Source: Eledone cirrhosa (Eukaryota). Taken from it: a DNA stretch of 64,000 nt. The translations under genes were made by a program, and so were the position numbers. The notes beneath the pieces were generated by a model. The model did no database searches. It saw only the letters and a list, made by a program, of their open reading frames with translations, and was not told the origin of the DNA. Of the stretch, positions 26,205 to 38,518 are shown piece after piece. Position 1 is the first letter of the stretch; every line of letters begins with the position of its first letter. The stretch lies in NCBI GenBank assembly GCA_964016885.1, contig OZ024740.1, positions 87,296,001 to 87,360,000 of the forward strand, in the 5' to 3' direction.

Positions 26205-27629
26205 CTAAAATAGATATTGTTAATACGATTCGAAGATAAGACTGCAAGTGGATTTTAAAAAACTTACATGATGTTTTGTATTGCGAATTAAGTTCTGATG
26301 GTTGTTCTTTATGATTGCATTTTGTCACCCTATTAAAATGACCAGAGACCTAAGTAGTGATATGGTAAGAAATGTCTAAATGGACAACACATTGAACTTT
26401 TATGACGAAAAATTGAGAGACCACATCTTGGCAAAAATATATGTTGTGCTTCGAATCTCTTCTACTTTATTAATTGATATTAGAACAAATAAGGAAATAA
26501 AATAAAAGAGAACTAAACTATAGAGCAATAAATTATAAAATAAGTTTGGTGGTTCACAGTGTTATGACTGATTTTTATATAGGAATGATGAAAATATTAT
26601 TTTTACAAAACATCCTAAATTATATATGCAAAAATTAGGCTTCAACATTAATTAATTTTTCAATTTTCCAAATTAATTTTTCCAAATTAATTTTTCAATT
26701 AATTTTTGCATTTACTAGGATAAATTATTAATTTCAATCTGGAATCATGTAATTTCTTTTCACTTAGAAATTACTGTCATATAACCAAAACTGAACTACT
26801 AGTAAGGAAGCCCAGTGGGATAAAAATTTTCTAGTCAAATAGAAATGAAAACAAAAATTATTGTTACTTTATAGTGAAATATTAAGCAGAATCATGTGGA
26901 AACAGAACATTATGAAATAGCAAATGGCAGTCATGAAGAGAAGTGTGTGACCTGCTTGTCTAACTTGAAACCAGTTAATATGCTTTGACATAAGTAGAAC
27001 AAGAATGAAGCCAGTGATTACATGGAATCTGAGATTCAATTGAGTAGTGGAAGAAGTTTTGAGAACTGCAATTACTACTAAGACGAAATGGCTCATACTT
27101 TATACCAAAGTTATATATAAGAAAGTGAGTATCTTCCAACTAGATATGGCTGACTTGAATTTGGCCAGTTCTTGATACTATGCTACAATGTCAGGTGAGG
27201 AAATGACTAGTTACCAAAGTTATTGACCAATGTAAACCTCAGAAAAGCTATGCCGGTATGAGCATGCAATGTGATTAGATAACATATGCCAGGGATGGCA
27301 AACCTAAGATGTGTGCCCAAGATGGCCTGAAAATAATTTTAATTGTACACAAAAGATATTTTCTATGATTTTATTAGTAAGAGTTCTATGATATGTTACT
27401 TAAAAATAAAATTAAAATAATAAATAAATAATATCTAACAATCCATTGATAACAATTTTCGGAAATTTGTATCTTGCTTTTCTCTTGAAATATTCCAACC
27501 TTCAGAATTTGTAGTTGGTTGCATAAGATACATTGGTTTTTATAAAGATGCATTAAATAAACCCATTTGTATATCCTAACAAAAAAATCTAACAACAAAT
27601 GTATATAATGTAATCGGAGGTAAATCAGA

Positions 27630-27790
27630 CACAGCCTGGCAGAATGGTTAAGATGCTTGCTTCAGTCATGATGTTTGGGGCTCAGTCTCATTGCATGACA
27701 TTTTGAACAAGTTTCTTTTCCCACATAGCTTGAGGTTATATCATGCATTGTGAGTGAGACTGAGTAGACAGAAGCTGTTTTGAAGCCCAC
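27630..27790 (+). mobile_element. Degenerate SINE family C
   Basis: tggttaagatgcttgcttc...gacattttgaacaagtttctt...tgtgagtgag...agacagaagctg; matches 34597 copy. Confidence 0.6.
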
Positions 27791-29370
27791 CAGACAAATT
27801 GTCAATAGACTGTATTCAATTAGTAGTGATGATCTCTGTTTATAGCAAAGAAACCTAGCTCCTGCTATTTTAGTCCAATAAACTGTAAAAGTATGATAAA
27901 ATAACTATAACTCACTGATAGAAACAAAAGAAACTGCATAATTAGTGAATGTCTCATTAGCTTACAATGTTAGATATGAGTCCTTCAGTGAGTATAGAAT
28001 CAGCAAAGAAAATCTACTCAAGCACTTAAGTCAGAAAAGGAGAGAAGGGAGAAGGTATCTTGAAATGAGAGATCTGGCCTGAAATCTTGAAAAGTAGATT
28101 TTGTGAAAGACACGTAAGGGTTAGGTAATGGTGTTAAACTTGCCAAAATATTAATTAAAGGTAACGTTGACCTTAGAGAAATTTGAACTCAAGTACAGAT
28201 GGTTGGAACACATACCAAAAGGCATTTCAAAGGAGAATCAACAAGACTTCAATCAATCTGGGACATATATTTAAAGGAATAAAGCAATAGCAGTCAACAA
28301 GACCAGTATCATACCAAAATAAAATTATGTCAACATGTTCTGCTGAATACATTATGCTTGATACACAAGGAAAATATTGGAAACACAAATAAAATAGTAG
28401 TTGGATCTTGTTTTAAAAATGAAATAACTCTTAAATGTTTTTGTTTGTTTTTTTCATTTTCTTAAAACAATAAATTCTCTTTCAATAGGTAGCATTAATT
28501 TTATGGTACAGCTTTGATTTGTAAATTTACTTGTTATTTATGTAAAAAAATATAGATGTTAAAATAAATGAGGATAGAAAAATGAATGTTGATGTATGAA
28601 CAGGAATAAGTGTTGCAAGATGTTATTGAAAAAAGAATACAAAGTGAAATAAGGTATAAGGCTACTACGAATTTGAAATAAATGGTATTTCTCATGATTC
28701 TTTAAAATTTCCTGTAGGTAGTAAATAAACTATAAACAAAAATAACCAATAAAATATCTGGGAAAGATATATCCCAAAAAAACATTTTTCACAATTTTAT
28801 AGTTTTTAAACCATTTGTTTTTTCTATAATACATACATTGATTTGCCAAAATAGAATTTTCTTGGTCAGTAAAACGTAATTATGATAGCAAAAACATTTA
28901 TCTAAAAGATAAGAGTAAAAAAAAGAAAATGCCAGGGAAATAGTTTGCCAATCTGTTGCCATAGAAACATTACTATTAGAAAATAATCAGTCAGTAGCTG
29001 AACATTATATAGAGTGAAAAATAAAAAAATAAATTAGGAGAAAACAGGATGATATAATGGAATGGTTTGCAATATTCTAAAAAATTTTACTGTTTGAATG
29101 CAATGTATTTATTTTTCTATTTTAAAAACAATAAAATTGCACAGCAAAATGAACATATGTTAAAGAATAATTTCAACATTTAGCTGCCACACATGATTAT
29201 AGTCAATGAGTTGATAATTTATCAAGAAAATTAGCAAAAGAGAACAAAAAGTAAGATAACAGTTTTAATATTTTTCAGTGTGTCTATGGTTTGGCAATAA
29301 AATTGGCTCTCTCGGTTTAGTTTTCCTTAAAGTGAATAAAAAAAAAAAGCAATCACTACACTACACACAC

Positions 29371-29373
<3 letters not shown>

Positions 29374-29433
<60 letters not shown>

Positions 29434-29545
29434 ATGATGATCATGATGATCATGATGATGATATATATACACACACACACATATATGTATATCCCACCCT
29501 TGCAAGCAGGGAGAAGCGGACATAAAATGATGATGATGATACACA

Positions 29546-29596
<51 letters not shown>

Positions 29597-29612
29597 GTGT
29601 GTGTATATATCA
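29374..29612. repeat. Compound TA/ATG/CA microsatellite with an embedded ~45-bp RTE tail
   Basis: cccacccttgcaagcagggagaagcggacataaaatgatgatg at 29493-29540. Confidence 0.9.
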
Positions 29613-30212
29613 TCATCATCATCACCATTTAACGTCCATTTTTTCACACTAGCAAGGGTTAGACGAGTTATCCTGTTGTGAACAATGTTAGGTCAGGTGA
29701 CCATGTCATGCTCATACAGAACTGATTTTGGCTTGGTTTCTACAGCTGAATGTCCTTCCTAGCGCCAACTTCATTTACAGCGAGTGCTGGGTGCTTTTTG
29801 TCGTGATGCCTACACGTCCACTTTACAGTGTGGACTGGGTGCATTTTGCTGTGACACCAACACGACCAGTTACAGTGTGGACTGGGTGCTTCTTGTCGTG
29901 ACACCTACATGACCACTTTACAGTATGGGCTGGAGGTACCACAGGATGTATACTTCAACTTGCCCTCATGGGAGATGTTTGAGAGTGGGTGGTGTGGGGT
30001 AGTGCATATTATGCACATGCTTTATCTTCGGTCTGTGCCTGTGGGACGTCGGGTTTCTGTATTACTGCGTAACACCAGAGATCTCAGTCCAGTGTCATCA
30101 CCCTTCCTGGATCTCCCCCACTCCACGGCTTCCATTGACTGAGCGCGCTGCACCTTTTTATACACCTGCTATCCTTCATACGCACCACATGTCCATACCA
30201 GCACAATCTCCT
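29609..30212 (-). mobile_element. RTE 3' end (copy-2-like) with extended 3' UTR containing 3-4 ~48-bp tandem units
   Basis: RLCWYGHVVRMKDSRCIKRC..GSRGVGR, followed by repeats of cacactgtaaagtgg.cgtgtaggtgtcacgacaa.aagcacccagtc and the tail. Confidence 0.9.
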
Positions 30213-30544
30213 ATTCTGCTGGAGATGCTCGTTTGCATATAACAAATAGAAAACATCAAATGGAAATGGTTATTTGTGTGTATATATATATATATATATA
30301 TACTCTCACACACATGCAGCCAACTACTTTTAACCAAACATCCCATTTAATGGATTCTGATCTATTGCCTGATAACACTGCTGTTGGAATATCTAATGTA
30401 AAAAATAAGGAAAATAGCATGCCCTTATGTATTTCTGACTTGCAACTGGAACATAAAAAAGGTTTCAATTCTAGTAACAGCTGAGAAAGCTATGATCAAC
30501 AATCCTCAGCATTTTTTTTTATGTATAACTAGGCTGCCAGGCTC

Positions 30545-31120
30545 AGAGTTACCCATGAAAAGACCAAAGTGATACAGATAAATGCCATAACTCAACCTTT
30601 CCTAACAGCAGGTTGTGAAAGAAGTGGCCAATTTCTGCTACCTACACAGTGTGATCAGTAGTGATGATGGCATCAAAAATGCTATGACCAGCAGAATTGG
30701 TAAAGCAGGAACCATATTTCAGCATGTGTTATATCTGGACAACATCAAATTAGCACAAAAATGAAGATCCAACACTATAGTGCAATAGTTTTATCAACAG
30801 TTCTGTATGGTAGTAAAACATGGAAGATAACTTAAGGAGTTAAGAAGCAGGTCACTTTCTACCAACATTGCTTATGGAAAGTCTTCAAAGTCACCTGGGA
30901 CGACAATGTTCAAATAAAGAAATTTATTTGCAAAATAAGCCCCAGCCACTGCCAAGCAACATGGCACTGCATCAGTTTGCTTGAAGAGCCACATTTTCTG
31001 CCTACCAGCTATTCAGCATGCAATGACTGGATTGCCGTCAACATTAAAGGGAAAGCAGAGGAGGGGACTGTCCCAAGAGCACCTGGCAACAAACATTCCA
31101 AGCGGACCTCAAAAACAAGT
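30545..31120 (+). mobile_element. Decayed RTE LINE of a different family (no PHD insert)
   Basis: EKTKVI..VKEVANFCYL.SVISSD..SRIGKA..KMKIQHYSAIVLSTVLYGSKTW..; frameshifts and stops. Confidence 0.85.
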
Positions 31121-31319
31121 ATTAGTATGACAAATTCTGGTAGAATCTTGCTGTCATATGCACCTCAAAGTGCAGGAAGGCATACGATTAAGACTAGGAC
31201 TAGTCCAAATGTAGCCTTTATATTTGCTTTATCATTCATATTGCTGAAAAGGAATGGTTTAAACTAACACTTTTAGAATGATAATTTGCCAAAACTGCTG
31301 CACAGAATGGTCTGACCTT

Positions 31320-31910
31320 TAATAAAATCAAGTTATTTGTTACTGAAACTTATTGTGCAAAATTTCTTTCCACAATTCATAACACACTCAAAACACGAAG
31401 AAAGCAGGAGCCTGTGGTTGATGGCTTATTTTTGGTCGAGGAACAGATGAATTTGTTGAATCTAGTGATGAGCTGAAATCAAATTCAAAAACACCTAGTG
31501 CTCTGAATCTCAGCTTTGGAAAAGCGTACAAAATGTTGGGAAATTGGTGGTCACAACTTACTCAGCAACTACAGGGACGAAAGCCATTTTATGTTTCAGC
31601 AAGAATGTGGAAAACATAAGGAAAGGTTTTATTTTCTATCTTTCCAAGATTCTGCATTCTAAATAATAATGGTATACACAGATCAGAATTAATTCAACTA
31701 AAAGACTGATTAAAACACGTTGGTTGCAAAAATATTGAAAGTCCTACCTACAGCCCCAAATCTAATGATGCAGCAGAAAGAGCTATTCAAACAAGTAAGT
31801 CCATCAATTGATAAGTTTGCTAAGTATTCTTTTCAATGATCATAGTACAGCTGGTGCATGCAAGTTACTTCTAGCTGAGAAATTATACAGCAGACATTTA
31901 AGAGTAGCAG
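31320..31910 (+). mobile_element. Decayed LTR-retrotransposon (Ty3/Gypsy-like) integrase
   Basis: SPTYSPKSNDAAERAIQT at 31740-31793 matches the PYxPxSNGxAERxV integrase motif; NNNG upstream resembles the SDNG motif. Confidence 0.7.
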
Positions 31911-32479
31911 TGACCCCTTTGTAAGAAGTTTTATAAATGTGTCAGAATAAAAGTATTTCCTGGTATTGCATGCTACCTGATTCATATTGGCAGAATCACT
32001 GTCTGTGTTAAAGGTGAAGATGAAAAGGCTCAGTTAGCTTCAATTGAGTAAATATCGCCTAAATATCCTTCCCATAGCATATTTACTAATCATGAGAATG
32101 TTATGAATGGGTTGACAGCACTATTTTCGCAATCTCCTGTATAGCTTCCAATTGATCATATGATCCCCAGTAGTAATATTTCTAACAGGTCAATATCATC
32201 AACAGTTATTGCTGCTAATATTCAATCGCCAATGCCTCGATAATACCAAAAGTATTAAATCATGATAATCATCACAGCAAGTGATATATAATAGTAAAAC
32301 TGTACTATGTAGGAACTGCAGAATCTCAAACCAAATTTGTAAACAACAATGATATAACAGCTAATATGATTACAACTTGTAGTAAGATTAATGTTATATT
32401 TATAATATTCCATGCTTGTTCTCTCATCGTACTTTGATCATTATATCCCTTACAAGGACCCAAATACCATAATGAGTTA

Positions 32480-32802
32480 GTACTCATGACATGATAAACA
32501 CATCCAGTCCACCCCATAAGTGGGTTGTGCTGGTGACACAACAAAAACACACACAGTCCACCCTGTAAGATGGACATGATAATGCCATGACAAAAGAACA
32601 TCCAGTTCACCTTTAAGGTAGTAGTGCTGATATCATGATAAAGCACCCAGTCTAACCTGTAATGTGGTTGTACTGGTGCCACAACAAAAAGCACGGTGCC
32701 ATAAAAAAGACAAGCCAAAACAGAGTGTATAGCCTCATAATGTGAAAGCCTATCTAACACATATAAGCATGGAAATATATATTGAATGGAGATAATGATG
32801 TA
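32480..32802 (+). repeat. Degenerate array of 4-5 ~48-bp units plus RTE-type tail
   Basis: Repeated catccagtccacc..gtaag..gg.tgtg..ggtg.cacaacaaaaa; ends ctaacacatataagcatggaaat. Confidence 0.75.
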
Positions 32803-33996
32803 TCCATAAACAGGAAATGAAGGGCATGAATAAAACATGCTTGTAGTTTTCTATCACATTTTTTTTTTTTTTTTGTGCCACTTGAATAACTTATATTAAC
32901 TACAATATATAGTTAAAATAAACATCTAAAGACTTGAATTTCTATACACTTGTAGCTGTATTGTGGAGTAATTTAATTATGAGAAACACAGTGATTTTTC
33001 ATACCTCTTGCTCAAAATATATTTTCCCTGTTGTAACATAATTATATTTTCCTTCTTACACTATTAACTAAGATTTGCAAATCAGAAAAATAGCGAAACA
33101 AATATATTGCCGCCAGGAAATGTTAAGAGAAAATTCTAACACTGCTGACAAGACAGCACTAACATATAATATTGTTTTTGTTTCCCTTATGTCTCATCAA
33201 TTTAAACAGCTGGAAATGTTAAAATATATATACATACTCATCATAATTCTCCAAAGAATTTGTACACAATAGTGCACTAGTTGTCTTTTGAAAGGATCAA
33301 AATCAAATTCTATATAAATATACTAAAGGAATGTCCTCCTCCATATGTGCCAGCACCACATGACCCTTGGGTGACTTGAGCAGTTCACTCTACAGCAAGG
33401 ATTCAGTTTTTAGAATAACTTGCCCTCATCCTTCCACCATTCATTGTAAACCTGAAAAAGCTCATGGGCACTGCTCTTCTTCATCTGACTAAGTTACTAA
33501 CCCTGTCGTTACCCACCTACCAACTCTCATAAAATATGGAAAGCCACTGAGACTAGGCACATTTGCTTAATAAAATCAATATATATATATATATATATAT
33601 TTAAAATCACATAAATAATATAGCAGTATTCATAAGAACATGTGATTTCACTACATAAAGACTTATACAATATTTTAGACATGAGATTGCAGTATTCCAA
33701 TTTTAGGAGATATTTTTACCAAAGCCTGGTTGTATTTAAATGCACAGTGAACATTCAACCAGATGTTTCAATTGCCAAATGTGTAAATTATGTAAAACAA
33801 TGGTACAGCAATGATTTTCGAACAAAGTATTTCCCTTCCCAAACCAGTAACTCCATGAATCAAAATACGCTCATTTACTTTTGTCTAACCCAATCATGTG
33901 TTCTATATTATAACAGTGGGGATTAATCATTATGCAAACTATAAACAAACTGAAAAGATCAACAAAATGGTTGAAATTAGAGCATTTTTGCTTTAA

Positions 33997-34212
33997 CCCT
34001 TTAGTATTTAAACCAGCCGTATCTGGCCAAAATTCTCTCACCACTTTCTGTTCAAACTAACCATAACCGGCTGCTCATACTTATGTTAAGTTCACAAAAT
34101 AAATAATATCAAAATCTCGTAGATTTGATATTATACAAGATAATTATGTGAAATAAAGTGTTTAATGTGAAAATACAATAAGTAAATATAGAGTAATGTA
34201 AATCTTAAAGGG
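33997..34212. mobile_element. piggyBac-related MITE (family 1), TTAA TSD
   Basis: ttaa|ccctttagtattt ... aatcttaaaggg|ttaa. Confidence 0.85.
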
Positions 34213-34249
34213 TTAAATATAATAATGAGAATTTAGTAAATTGTATAAT

Positions 34250-34410
34250 ATAATTGTTTCTAATTTAAGCACAAGTCTAGAAATTTGAGGAGTGGGGAAG
34301 TTGGTTACATCAATGCCAGTGTTTGACTGGTACTTTATTTTATTTGCCATGGAAGGATGGAAAGTAAAGCTGACTTCGGCAGGATTTGAACTCAGAACAT
34401 AAAGAGTTGA
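34250..34410 (-). mobile_element. Older SINE family A copy
   Basis: ttgtttctaatttaagcacaag...ctggtactttattt...ggatttgaactcag. Confidence 0.8.
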
Positions 34411-34596
34411 AAAAAGGTATATTATAATATATTAGCCTAATAACTTAATTTAAATTATGGTATATAAAACTAATTTAAGTAACTTTATGTATTAGGGTTT
34501 ATTTGTATTTACTTGACTTTTGAGTAGTCTGTGATAAATTCTATAATAGATTTATAGGAAAATATTTTGTTAAGTTGTAGACATAGATACAAAAAT

Positions 34597-34985
34597 GGCT
34601 GTGTAGTTAAGAAGTTCACTTCACACTAACGTAGTTTTGGATATGGTCCCACTGTGTGGCACCTTGAGCAAGTGTTTTCTAGTCTAGCCTTGAGATAAGC
34701 AAAGCCATGTAAGTAGCTTTTGGTGGATTCAGACTGTGCAGAAGCCTGTGTTTTTTTTCCATTTCTATTCATATTGACACCACTTAGAAAGTGTGTAAGG
34801 TTTGTTTATGTTCTGTGAACACAATATGGCCTACAGTTCAGCAGTTCAAAATGTATAGATCAGTGGAATAAGCACTGTAAGGAACAAGTGTTGACATCTG
34901 AATAGGCATCAAGCCATAGAATACTGCTTAAATGTCTCAGAAAAAGCATAAAAACAGTGAATATAATGATGATGATGATGATGAT
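34597..34985 (+). mobile_element. SINE family C with (ATG)n tail
   Basis: tRNA-like head ggctgtgtagttaagaag, gtggcaccttgagcaagtg (CORE-like), gaataggcatcaagcc, terminal atgatgatg. Confidence 0.7.
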
Positions 34986-35288
34986 TTAAATACCACTTTA
35001 ATATAGTAAATAAATAAATTAAAAAATATAGTTGCTTTATGAAACAAGTTTTGATTCACAATTAGGAGTGTATTTTATTTACAGGTTATAAAGAGAGGGT
35101 TAAAAAAAGTATTCAAGAAATTTTTTGAACAATAGTATAACTATAACCTAGTTATTTGAACTGTAAAGTTCAATTAATTATAGTACTTAATGAAAACAAA
35201 ACCTAATCTACTTGATATTTCAACAATTGTAATTTTTCAGACAGAGATGGAAGAATTTGTAAAATAATTTACAAGATAAGAGGCAGTT

Positions 35289-35320
<32 letters not shown>

Positions 35321-35563
35321 ATTCACTTAGGTTTGGAGTCTTCGGAGCATGTTTGTACACATAATTGACCGCCTCTCCAATGCAAGAGACATACAGATAC
35401 ATATATATATATATATATCTTACTGATAATAAGGTAGTAATAAATTATATATATATATATAGTAATAATAATAAATTTGAAGACTAAAATCCAAAGAGGG
35501 CTCGATAAGCATAAATATATATCAAATATATAAGAACCGTAGAGCAATAAAATAACAGATTAA

Positions 35564-35614
35564 AGTTTAAGCAAAGAATTGCTGCTTTCACCCTTAACGG
35601 GATCTTCTGAAACT
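35564..35614 (-). ncRNA. Degenerate type I hammerhead-ribozyme-like fold
   Basis: agttt-CAGAAGA-t ccc gttaa ggg t-GAAA gca..tgc-TT-aaact: stems I, II and III present; core CUGANGA carries a U4-to-A change. Confidence 0.4.
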
Positions 35615-35699
35615 AACAAAGTCAATCTGTGAATGCAGAAGTGAATATTTCAAAAAACGTTGCAACCGGAGGATGATAGGAAGAAGATACTTTCGTTCG

Positions 35700-35967
35700 T
35701 GGAAACGTTCCCTGGCAAAGAACGAATATAATACGTCATTATTTGGAGCGGTGAAAAACAATTACATGCAAAGACAAAACCACGTTTATGGTATAAAAGA
35801 AATCGTAGACTAATATTCTATTAGGTGGTTCATAGAGACATTCTCTGGCAATGAACGGAAAAAAACGAAGATAATACGTCATATGTGGAGCGGGGAGAAC
35901 AATTGTATGCAAAGACAAAACCATGTAAATGGTATAACTGAAGTCGTAGACTAAAATTCTAACTAGG
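35700..35967. repeat. Diverged tandem duplication, ~135-bp unit
   Basis: ctggcaa.gaacg..ataatacgtcat..tggagcgg..atgcaaagacaaaacca..tggtataa..tcgtagactaa.attcta..tagg occurs twice. Confidence 0.9.
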
Positions 35968-36246
35968 AAACCGAATGATTCTCGGCTTCAGAGTTAAGAA
36001 TAAAGTAAATAAAATCCAAAGGTAAATGAAATTAAATAAATACATACACACGCATCCATATACGTACATACACAAGCATACGCGAAAACACTCGACATAG
36101 GTATACAAATACATGCACGTAGACACACACAAAAAAAAAAAACCACGCACATACAGAACTCACGCAACAGCTGTACCCGCACGCATACAAATGTATACAC
36201 CAAATACACATAAAAATATATATACAAAATATATATATATATATAT

Positions 36247-36249
<3 letters not shown>

Positions 36250-36302
<53 letters not shown>
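36250..36302. repeat. (TG)n microsatellite
   Basis: Directly visible. Confidence 0.95.
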
Positions 36303-36307
<5 letters not shown>

Positions 36308-36593
36308 ATACATATAATCAAATAAATGTATATAAATAAATAAATACGTATATAACAAGCGCACACACAAACCTACATGTAAATACACTTATGTTCGGAG
36401 ACGTACGTCAACCAAAACACGAAGTACACATAAACACACACCCTACATATGTACAAACCTGCATACTCACACAGACGCAAAACTCACGTATACACATAAC
36501 CAAAAGCATATGTACCAGAAAAAATAATATATACACCATAACATCATCATCATCAGGTTTAGCGTCCGTGTTCCACGTTTGCATGGGTTTGCA

Positions 36594-36742
36594 TGTCGTA
36601 TGTGTATATGAATCATCATCATCATCATCATCTAACGTCTGCTTTCCTTGCTAGCAAGGGTTGGACGGGTCTACATAGACCAAGTTAGTACTGAAGCAGG
36701 GCTACTGATGTCCCAGACAGGCTGAGATGGTCTGTATCCTGC
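36594..36742 (-). repeat. Inverted duplicate of 37940-38082
   Basis: Near-identical reverse complement: one substitution and two extra ATC units. Confidence 0.95.
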
Positions 36743-37315
36743 ATATACAATCAAATATACGTACGAGAAAGTATACGTACCTTCAGAAAAAATACAGGTA
36801 ATATATACTTACTTATACAAATAAGTAATGGTATAAACATAATATATACTTAGCTACCACATCAAGACGTAAAATATCCGCGTATAGTTCGTACTACCCG
36901 TTCGGGTATAATGTGGGGCTGTAATACAGGAAAGTTTTGTGCAATTTATGTTTACAAGCCGAAATTGCCTCAGATTTTTTGTTTAAGATGTGGTCTTTGG
37001 CGCAGAGTATTTCCAGGGCCTCAGCGGCGCAGAGGTCACATGGTCTTTTATTTCCGTTATACGATCTAGCCCCAGCTAGGATCTCCCAGTGTAACTTATA
37101 TTGGGTCTGGTTGTCTTTTAGACCCCAGATATAAGCTGAAAGTGACGTCATATTCCTTCTTAAAGGGTAACGAAAAGAATGGGTATGCATGTAAAGACGC
37201 TGCTTGAATCTATTGGCGGTTAACCCTATGTAGGCCCTACAGGACATGGGTGTTTCAACCTTACATTTGTAGACAATGTTACTAAAGAGGCATTTCCCGG
37301 ATAGGGGGGCAATCA
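36743..37315 (-). mobile_element. Penelope-like element 3' fragment encoding a GIY-YIG endonuclease
   Basis: PLSGKCL..IVYKC..YIGLT..FKQR..H..SF..TSLSAYIW.LK..W.IL..CDLC..E..LNKKSE..CKH (ORF 36894-37415; homology begins near 37312). Confidence 0.88.
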
Positions 37316-37939
37316 ACCTGATAGATAGATATCTTTCTTTTATTTGCCACAGGGGTGTACAAAAATGGGACATTACAAGACGTGACTGCGGGGTTTTACA
37401 TAAAATCTTTAACACTCATGCACACACCTACATACACTTATAATTGACAGGTTTACAGACAAACAAATTTATACTGAAATCAAATATATTAATATGCAGC
37501 TCAAAAAATGTTTGGAGGAAAGATAAACATACTGAATTACAGTCAATAAACAGTGAAAATACTAATGAATTGTTATTGTTAATGTACTTAAAGTATTAGA
37601 AATGTTATCATCATCATCATCATCATTTGTTTTATATACTTTTCTCCATATTGGTATATGTTGGACGAGATCTTTTGCAGCAGAACACTGTGGCCATATT
37701 ATCTTCTTAACACCAGCATTCACTTATTTTCTAAGGTATGGATATTCACACATCTAACAGCTGAGCAGTTGGACTTCTGTTTATGCAGCATATAAACAGA
37801 TATCACTATTAGTAATGTCAAATGTAAAGAGATGTGAAGAAAAGACACAGATACACACGTGTGTGTGTGTTAGGAGGATCCTTCAGTTTGTGTCAAAAGG
37901 CACAACTTCTCCTTTGCAATTGATAATGACCAAACGTAA

Positions 37940-38082
37940 GCAGGATACAGACCATCTCAGCCTGTCTGGGACATCAGTAGCCCTGCTTCAGTACTAACTT
38001 GGTCTATGTAGACCCGTCCAACCCTTGCTAGCAAGGAAAGCAGACGTTAAATGATGATGATGATTCATATACACATACGACA
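37940..38082 (+). repeat. RTE-type tail plus flank; likely source copy of the inverted duplication
   Basis: cccgtccaacccttgctagcaaggaaagcagacgttaaatgatgatg, continuing into a family C SINE remnant (38083-38200, minus). Confidence 0.9.
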
Positions 38083-38294
38083 AGCTTTGTATGATTTCCA
38101 TCTAACAAACTCACTCACAAGACTTTGTTTCGTACAAGGTTATAGCAGAATACATCAACCCAAGGTACCATGCAATGGAATAGACCCCAACACTACAGGT
38201 TGACAAAATAAAAATACAGGTTGACAAAATCAAATCACCCAAGTGAGTTTGAGTGAATTCTACATGCTAAGAAAAATATTTATTATTAGGAGGT

Positions 38295-38518
38295 GCTATG
38301 TTGGGGGATTGGCACTATAGGAAGAGCATCAGACAATATTTGTGGCATAGAGTTATAGCTCTTTATATTTTGAGTTCAAATCCCACTGAAGTTAGCTTTG
38401 CCTTTCACCTTTACAGAGTTGATGAAATAAAGTACCAGTAATGTACTGGGGTCAACAAAATCGACTTTCCACTTCCGTCCTAATTGCTAGCCTTATGCCT
38501 AAATCAGAAACGATTATT
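38295..38518 (+). mobile_element. Older SINE family A copy
   Basis: ggattggcac..gagttcaaatccc..gcctttcacc..aaataaagtaccag..gcctaaatcagaaac. Confidence 0.85.

Noticed and set aside
29790-29935. CRISPR-like repeat array (also 32480-32700)
   Set aside because: Contiguous tandem units without unique spacers, inside a retroelement; eukaryotic context and no cas genes.
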